Assembly (NCBI GenBank): GCA_039810485.1
Contig: JBDHXA010000001.1
Span: forward strand, 756-64,755
Direction: 5' to 3'
DNA from: Chlorobiota bacterium
GTDB lineage: Bacteria; Bacteroidota; Ignavibacteria; Kapaibacteriales; UBA961
Length of the DNA stretch: 64,000 bases
A program made the position numbers and the translations under genes. Below the pieces are notes generated by a model. It was not told the origin of the DNA, did not search any database, and saw only the letters and a list, made by a program, of their open reading frames with translations. Shown one piece after another: positions 59,801 to 64,000 of the stretch; the first letter of the stretch is position 1; the number at the start of each line of letters is the position of its first letter.

Positions 59801-59928
59801 TCAAGCATTGAGGTTGGCTTCGCGTCAATGGAATAGCCCTTCGAAAGCAGAAATTCTACAATCGTATCTTTCCCAATATTTAATTGCGAGGCAATTTTGA
59901 ACAGTCGTGTTCCTTTTTGGACAGCCAT
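56881..59928 (-). CDS. infB: translation initiation factor IF-2
   Basis: [13 protein letters not shown]1 motif, DTPGHEAF and NKID. Long low-complexity N-terminal region. Confidence 0.95.
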   Translation of the reverse strand: MAVQKGTRLFKIASQLNIGKDTIVEFLLSKGYSIDAKPTSMLDDEMTEIVLAKFQKEYKAAEKHRERLEQHQRSSRIANTEEDNTESSEPAATTENTAQISEEMSKISEISNSIIQQETRTDDFLTEEKYGEKVIVDEKLPIVETTLQETENKPTIADTISETKRTTEKSSARNKKHTAPAEKSEDAEPDIAHITQAQPLETPASIEADLTDIAATEAKSEAPIDANQEQQEDTTAKEDSQAGNRKRKKRRRILEIEYEAGAMPQLPGLTIVGKIDLKRQTQPNTYNDNRQGRNQNPNRDRSYSSDSNRHQHSQDNVQRSKKTLSTSQPKQDNDKKIQLGADKPFHKFAKSGSSLQSTTSSEDARPNEKKKKRKKSIREQISGEEIDKVIRETLHGMDETSSVGFRSKMRQKKKAEREEKELLRLEEKERDSSILQLTEFVTTGELANLMRVSASEIIVKCMKLGLMVSINQRLDKDTITLIADDYGFQVEFVDEQSTEMLEDEADDESSLQPRPPIVTIMGHVDHGKTSLLDYIRKANVVAGEAGGITQHIGAYRVELPNGKFVSFLDTPGHEAFTAMRARGAKVTDIVILVVAADDNVMPQTIEAISHAQAANVPIVVAINKIDRPDAHPDTIRQQLANRGLLVEEWGGTAQCVEVSAKIGKNIDALLEKVLLEAEILELKANPNRHARGTIIEAHLDKGKGILATVMVQKGTLRIGDAFIAGIHSGRVRAMYDERGNRVEEAAPSTPVQVSGFDGLPQAGDLYNVMDSDVQARSIANQRQQLAREQQFRQVRHKTLDEISQQIQQGGVKDLRLLIKGDVGGSVEALSDSLLKLSNSEVQVNILHASVGAISETDVMLASASDAIVIGFNVQPTAAARKSAEHESIDIRLYSIIYDCINEIQMALEGLLSPEIKEEITGVVEVRQTFRISKTGVIAGCYVQSGKITRNDRVRVLREGFPVFKGTLHSLKRIKEDVREVDAGYECGILLHNFNDIEIGDIIESVKTVEIKRKLS

Positions 59929-59984
59929 AATAGTATACAGAATGGAAATTAACTACGTCGTTTTTTGGCAGAAAAACTGCCTAT

Positions 59985-61295
59985 TTATTCTTGCGCGTCC
60001 ATAATTTGCTGGCGCATATCCGGTCTTTCGTCCTCTTCAAATTCAGCCAGAATGATACCTCTTATTTCCAGCAGCAATTCTTTGGTCATGCCTTCTATTC
60101 CGAGCACGGCGTCAATGTCAGCATCGAGGAATTCTCGAGCTGTATCAATTCCCAACTCAATGATTTTATCATACATTTCACGCCCAAGCTCATCGCGGAA
60201 TTCAATAAGTTCAATATCTTCGCCGCCCTCTTTTACCAGAGAAATTGAATAGCCAGTTAATTTTGAAGCGAGACGAACATTCTGACCGTTTTTGCCAATG
60301 GCAAGAGAAACTTGGTCGTCTGGCACCATCACTGTTGCAGTGCGTGTTTCAGGGTTAACAACTATTTCTTTAACCTTTGCAGGAGAAAGAGCCCGTGCGA
60401 TAAATAATTTAGGATCAGTAGAAAATTCTACAACATCGATGCTCTCATTGTTAAGCTCGCGTACTATAGAATGAATCCGTATTCCTTTCATCCCAACGCA
60501 AGCGCCAACGGGATCAATGCGCTCGTCGTAGCTTTGCACTGCCACTTTCGAGCGTTCGCCCGGCTCACGCGTTATAGCTTTTATTTCGATTAGACCGTCG
60601 AACACTTCTGGAATCTCCACTTCAAACAATCGCGCAAGAAATTGATTCGATGATCGCGACAAAATAATGTCAGGTGCGCCGCTACCTTGCTGACGCCGAA
60701 CTTCATGCACTATAGCGCGGATAATTTGATTTTTCTTGTATTTTTCATTGTGTATCGTTTCTTCGCGCGGCATTCGCATTTCTACTTTATTGTGCATTAT
60801 GAGCAGGCCGCCATGTCGCACCTGATATACCTCGCCTACAAGAATTTCGCCGATTTTTGCAGCATATTCGTTATATATATTGTCTTTTTCAACGTCGCGA
60901 ATTCGTTGATTTAGCATTTGTGCTGCAAAGAAAATTAGTCGGCGTCCGAAACTTTCCGAGATGTTTTCCAACGTTATTTCTTCGATGAATTCATCGCCGA
61001 TTTCATACGGATCTTGAGAGAGTTTTTGAACATCTGCTAATGAAATTTCAAGAGTTTCATCTTCTACATGTTCAACTACAGTTCGCAAAAGATAAATTTC
61101 GATATCTCCTTTGTCCATATTTACAATGATATCAAAATTAGCCTCGCCATACTTTTTATGAACAAGTATTGAGAGAGTTTCCTCAAGAATACCTTGCAAT
61201 AATTCGCGGTCAATGCCTTTTTCCCGCGCCATTTCTGCAAATGCCTCAATAATTACTTTTTTATCGAATTTTGGTTTGACTTTACGACGTGCCAT
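59985..61295 (-). CDS. nusA: transcription termination/antitermination factor NusA
   Basis: N-terminal domain, S1 domain and tandem KH domains (ACVGMKGIRI, AIGKNGQNVRLASKLTG). Confidence 0.95.
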   Translation of the reverse strand: MARRKVKPKFDKKVIIEAFAEMAREKGIDRELLQGILEETLSILVHKKYGEANFDIIVNMDKGDIEIYLLRTVVEHVEDETLEISLADVQKLSQDPYEIGDEFIEEITLENISESFGRRLIFFAAQMLNQRIRDVEKDNIYNEYAAKIGEILVGEVYQVRHGGLLIMHNKVEMRMPREETIHNEKYKKNQIIRAIVHEVRRQQGSGAPDIILSRSSNQFLARLFEVEIPEVFDGLIEIKAITREPGERSKVAVQSYDERIDPVGACVGMKGIRIHSIVRELNNESIDVVEFSTDPKLFIARALSPAKVKEIVVNPETRTATVMVPDDQVSLAIGKNGQNVRLASKLTGYSISLVKEGGEDIELIEFRDELGREMYDKIIELGIDTAREFLDADIDAVLGIEGMTKELLLEIRGIILAEFEEDERPDMRQQIMDAQE

Positions 61296-61444
61296 AGTCG
61301 GAACAAATCGGTTGTTAAAAAAAGAAAAAATATATTAATACCAACAAGTAAGCTGATTATTTTAATCAAAAAGTGATCTGAGCACTTCTACATAAAAGCA
61401 TATCATTTAAAGATATTCCAGCAATACGCCTTATCTTGAGCGTT

Positions 61445-61939
61445 TTAGAATTTTATTAGCACGACAGCAGAAGAAATATCAGAATAATAAATTGTGCGCT
61501 CAGTATTTTCTGCCGGTTGTTTTAGCGTTTTTCTGCCATGTGTTTGCGGCGCTAATACGATGCCGCTTTCTATAGTTTTATGCAAAATTCCGGTTATGAT
61601 TTCTCCGCTTAGGGTCGATATTTTCAACAGTCGGCCTTTATGCTTTGGAAATTGCCATGGTTCTGAAAGCGGACGGTCAACACCTGGCGAAAGCACTTCA
61701 AACGTCGCAATTGACGATAAAAAAGAGTCGTGTTCAATTATTTTGTCAAGCGCTTTGCTTACGCTTCGACAATCTTCATGACTGATGCCTTTTTCAGAGT
61801 CAATAATTATTTCAAGTATTAAATGCTTAGGCAAAGAGCCGCGAACAACTATTTCGAGTAAATAGACGCCAAATCCGCGGCAAATTGTGCTTATGGCTTC
61901 TGTAGTTTCAGACGGCGTTTCCGGTTTGTTTGCCGGCAT
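61445..61939 (-). CDS. rimP: ribosome maturation factor RimP
   Basis: About 160 aa with a RimP-like core (LEV.SPG.DRPL). Conserved position upstream of nusA. Confidence 0.85.
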   Translation of the reverse strand: MPANKPETPSETTEAISTICRGFGVYLLEIVVRGSLPKHLILEIIIDSEKGISHEDCRSVSKALDKIIEHDSFLSSIATFEVLSPGVDRPLSEPWQFPKHKGRLLKISTLSGEIITGILHKTIESGIVLAPQTHGRKTLKQPAENTERTIYYSDISSAVVLIKF

Positions 61940-61950
61940 GACAATTTCAA

Positions 61951-61977
61951 TAAAAAATGGGCTTTGTGCAGCCCATT
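61951..61977 (-). terminator. leader hairpin plus U tract between the rimP promoter and the rimP ATG (attenuator-like)
   Basis: On the minus strand: aatgggct-gcacaa-agcccatt, followed by ttttta, 12 nt before ATG 61939. Confidence 0.5.
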
Positions 61978-62003
61978 AACATAAATAAATCAATAATCAT
62001 TTG

Positions 62004-62034
62004 CAAATATAAGGAATTTCTAACTGTTGCCAAA
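62004..62034 (-). promoter_or_regulatory. candidate promoter TTTG-N19-TATATTTG for rimP-nusA-infB
   Basis: Minus-strand TTTG (62034-62031), a 19-nt spacer, then TATATTTG (62011-62004). This is a full match to the Bacteroidetes-type sigma-A consensus. Confidence 0.6.
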
Positions 62035-63121
62035 GTTGTTTATTGTCGCTTGCAACAATTTCTACTAAATGGAATATTCTTCTTGCGGCTCTCTTCAATG
62101 TGAAAACGCACTATGACACGATAGACATGCCGAAGGAATTATGACTGTAGCCAAACGATTTGCCATTGCGCTAAAATACCTATATCGGCAATAGATTAAG
62201 GAATGGATCTGTTGCCAAATGATGTTGTCTGTTGATGGAATCTAAAAAAATCGGTTAAACAACGCAATTTTATATTTCTTGGCATGAGAAATACTATTAA
62301 CATTATGATCCAGATGACAGAGATTCTGCATGCGCTCTTTGATGATTATTCTGCAATGCTATGTCGTCTTTGCTATTTCTTTGTTATAAAATTCGTTCAT
62401 GAGCGTTGCTCAATCGCGAAAATGTGCACATTGTCTGAATCGGAGAGATTCTCGAAAAATATGCGAAGTGTTTGTTGAATATTCTGGTAGCGCGAGCGGA
62501 GAGCTGTATTGTTTTCAAAGAGTTAGCTGTTTATGCGAAAGTGCTGATCATTGACTTGTACACCATGACCTGCTTGCGCACACCCGATTAAAAAATTGCT
62601 CCAATCAGATCTTCGATTGTGCGTTCTAATTGCTCAACTATGCGTTTGTACAGAAAGCAATTAGGCAGATTACCTTGGCAGAGAATCGTTCATATTGAAC
62701 AAGTCGAGCGCGAATCGCGGGAGCGGGTCAAATTGACAGAGTTCAAAGAGTTGCGAATCGTTGCAATTGTCGATCTCATTCAGAAGCGTTATTCCTTATA
62801 TTATGCGAACCGGATAATTTGGGACTCAGGTTGAATTATGAAATAAGGTGCCAAAGAGCACGTCATCAAAGGCATTTAACAGATGTGCTCGGAAGATATT
62901 GTGCCAGTATTAGGTGTCGCTAATGATTTTGCATTAGTTTCCTTGAAGCATTGAAGAACATTAGTAAAAATGTTAATTTGCGGATGAGAGCTAGATTTTC
63001 TGAACATAATAAACACACGCTAAGTAGTTGCAATACATAGCGAATGTAATAAAAGCAAGCTTGATTTGCAGCCATATGTATCAATAGGCTTTATTGTATT
63101 TTTCTGTTTGCTTGAAAACAA

Positions 63122-63135
63122 TTGCAATATTGCAA
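63122..63135. promoter_or_regulatory. perfect 14-bp palindrome TTGCAATATTGCAA
   Basis: Read directly from the sequence, 76 nt upstream of ATG 63211. It overlaps a minus-strand TATATTTG box (63133-63140). Confidence 0.3.
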
Positions 63136-63210
63136 ATATACACCGAAATAACAATGTTTTTTTACCCGGCTTTTTGGAGATGACACTATAATTACAAATT
63201 AAATTGTACG

Positions 63211-64000
63211 ATGAATAAGAGTTTTTTTACAGCTGCATTTATTCTGCTTGTTTTTTTTAGCTCCACAGCTAAACCGCGCTTAGCTGTAGTTATTTCTTTT
63301 GATCAGATGCGAGGAGATTACACAGAGCGTTGGAATAAAAATTTTGGCAACGGAGGATTTAACCTCTTGGTGAATAATGGTGCTTACTTTGCACAAACCT
63401 ACTTTTCTCATGCAAATAATACAACAGGTCCAGGACATTCTATTCTTCTGACAGGTTGTAATCCAGCGAAAACAGGAATAACCGGAAATGATTTTATTGA
63501 CAGTGTTTGCAATTGTTTACGCTATTGTGCAGCCGATGACACATCCAGAATTTATGGCGTGGAAAGTCCCATAGGAAGATCGCCGCATCTGCTTGCGGTT
63601 CCAACTCTTGGCGATGCATTGGCCGCTGAATTTCCTAAAAGCAAGACAGTTGCAGTTTCGCTAAAAGACCGTGCTGCAATTCTTATGGCGGGACGCAAGG
63701 CAAAAACAGTATTGTGGTTCGATCAAGATGTGGCAGGTTTTACAACTTCTACATATTATATAAAACCAAAATGGCTTGATTCATTTAATCGGCGTTATAA
63801 TTGCAAGCGTTTTGCTGGTTGGCAATGGCAGACAGAATTGCCAGATGGCGCAAGTGATAATGTTGATTATGAAGCAATATTTCCTGGAGGAGAAAAGTTA
63901 TTTCCGCATGTCATACCAAATGACAAGCGTGATAAGAATTATATAAGCGCCTTTTTACACACGCCCAAATCTATTGAATTGCTGTTTGATGCTGCAAAGG
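63211..64000 (+). CDS. alkaline phosphatase / nucleotide pyrophosphatase family protein (PafA/NPP-like), 3' end outside window
   Basis: Not in the ORF track because there is no stop before the window edge. My translation gives MNKSFFTAAFILLVFFSSTAKPRLAVVISFDQMRGDY...NNTTGPGHSILLTGCNPAKTGITGNDF, that is, a signal peptide plus the NPP-type metal/nucleophile motif. Confidence 0.65.
   Translation, partial: MNKSFFTAAFILLVFFSSTAKPRLAVVISFDQMRGDYTERWNKNFGNGGFNLLVNNGAYFAQTYFSHANNTTGPGHSILLTGCNPAKTGITGNDFIDSVCNCLRYCAADDTSRIYGVESPIGRSPHLLAVPTLGDALAAEFPKSKTVAVSLKDRAAILMAGRKAKTVLWFDQDVAGFTTSTYYIKPKWLDSFNRRYNCKRFAGWQWQTELPDGASDNVDYEAIFPGGEKLFPHVIPNDKRDKNYISAFLHTPKSIELLFDAAK

Noticed and set aside
62284-62834. 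Two + strand ORFs (62284-62478 and 62619-62834) as real small-protein genes
   Set aside because: Neither has a ribosome-binding or promoter context that I could see, a recognisable motif, a signal peptide or a TM segment. They are kept only as part of the ORF-poor-region finding.
1-64000. Searched for a CRISPR array, IS/transposase, integrase, prophage, a restriction-modification or other defence system, and rRNA
   Set aside because: There are no short regularly spaced direct repeats. No ORF has transposase DDE, recombinase, nuclease-helicase or phage structural motifs. The only methyltransferases have small-molecule/glycan-type context, with no nuclease partner.

Overview
This is a 64-kb chromosomal segment, moderately AT-rich. 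It most likely comes from an FCB-superphylum bacterium (Bacteroidota, Ignavibacteriota or Chlorobiota-like). That placement is an inference from four ORFs with T9SS-type C-terminal sorting tails, several TAnnTTTG -7 promoter boxes, a bshB1-like deacetylase and PD40/OmpA proteins. About 45 protein-coding genes are supported. I found no rRNA, tRNA, CRISPR array, transposase or integrase, and no recognisable phage-defence gene. The core content is a rimP-nusA-infB-rbfA-truB-ribF block (61.9 to 54.7 kb, minus strand), rpsD, an RRM RNA-binding protein, mtaB, a membrane pyrophosphatase (hppA) and an isolated nuoJ-nuoK pair. The window is also rich in secreted proteolysis genes: two M1, two M16 and one M28 peptidase, plus a thioester alpha-2-macroglobulin lipoprotein. 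Observations that deserve a second look: (1) three tandem soluble TPR-histidine-kinase paralogues, each exactly 616 aa, with an 830-bp tract that reads as identical between copies 2 and 3 and a mosaic 3' end; (2) a five-gene cell-surface locus at the left edge (fibre-like repeat protein, two secreted unknowns, a T9SS-tailed protein, an OmpA anchor) followed by a CheY-like regulator and a CHASE-PAS kinase whose ATP-binding boxes look degenerate; (3) an AT-richer glycan-modification islet with a 744-aa three-domain fusion (deacetylase-like, SAM methyltransferase, transglutaminase-like); (4) a Kelch/T9SS gene inactivated by a 17-bp tandem duplication plus an in-frame TGA; (5) a HicB-like small ORF translationally coupled to a CPBP intramembrane protease; (6) a 1.2-kb ORF-poor stretch upstream of rimP. 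No textbook novel system (defence, CRISPR, retron, toxin cassette) is visible to me. All functional calls rest on motif recognition by eye, without database searches.
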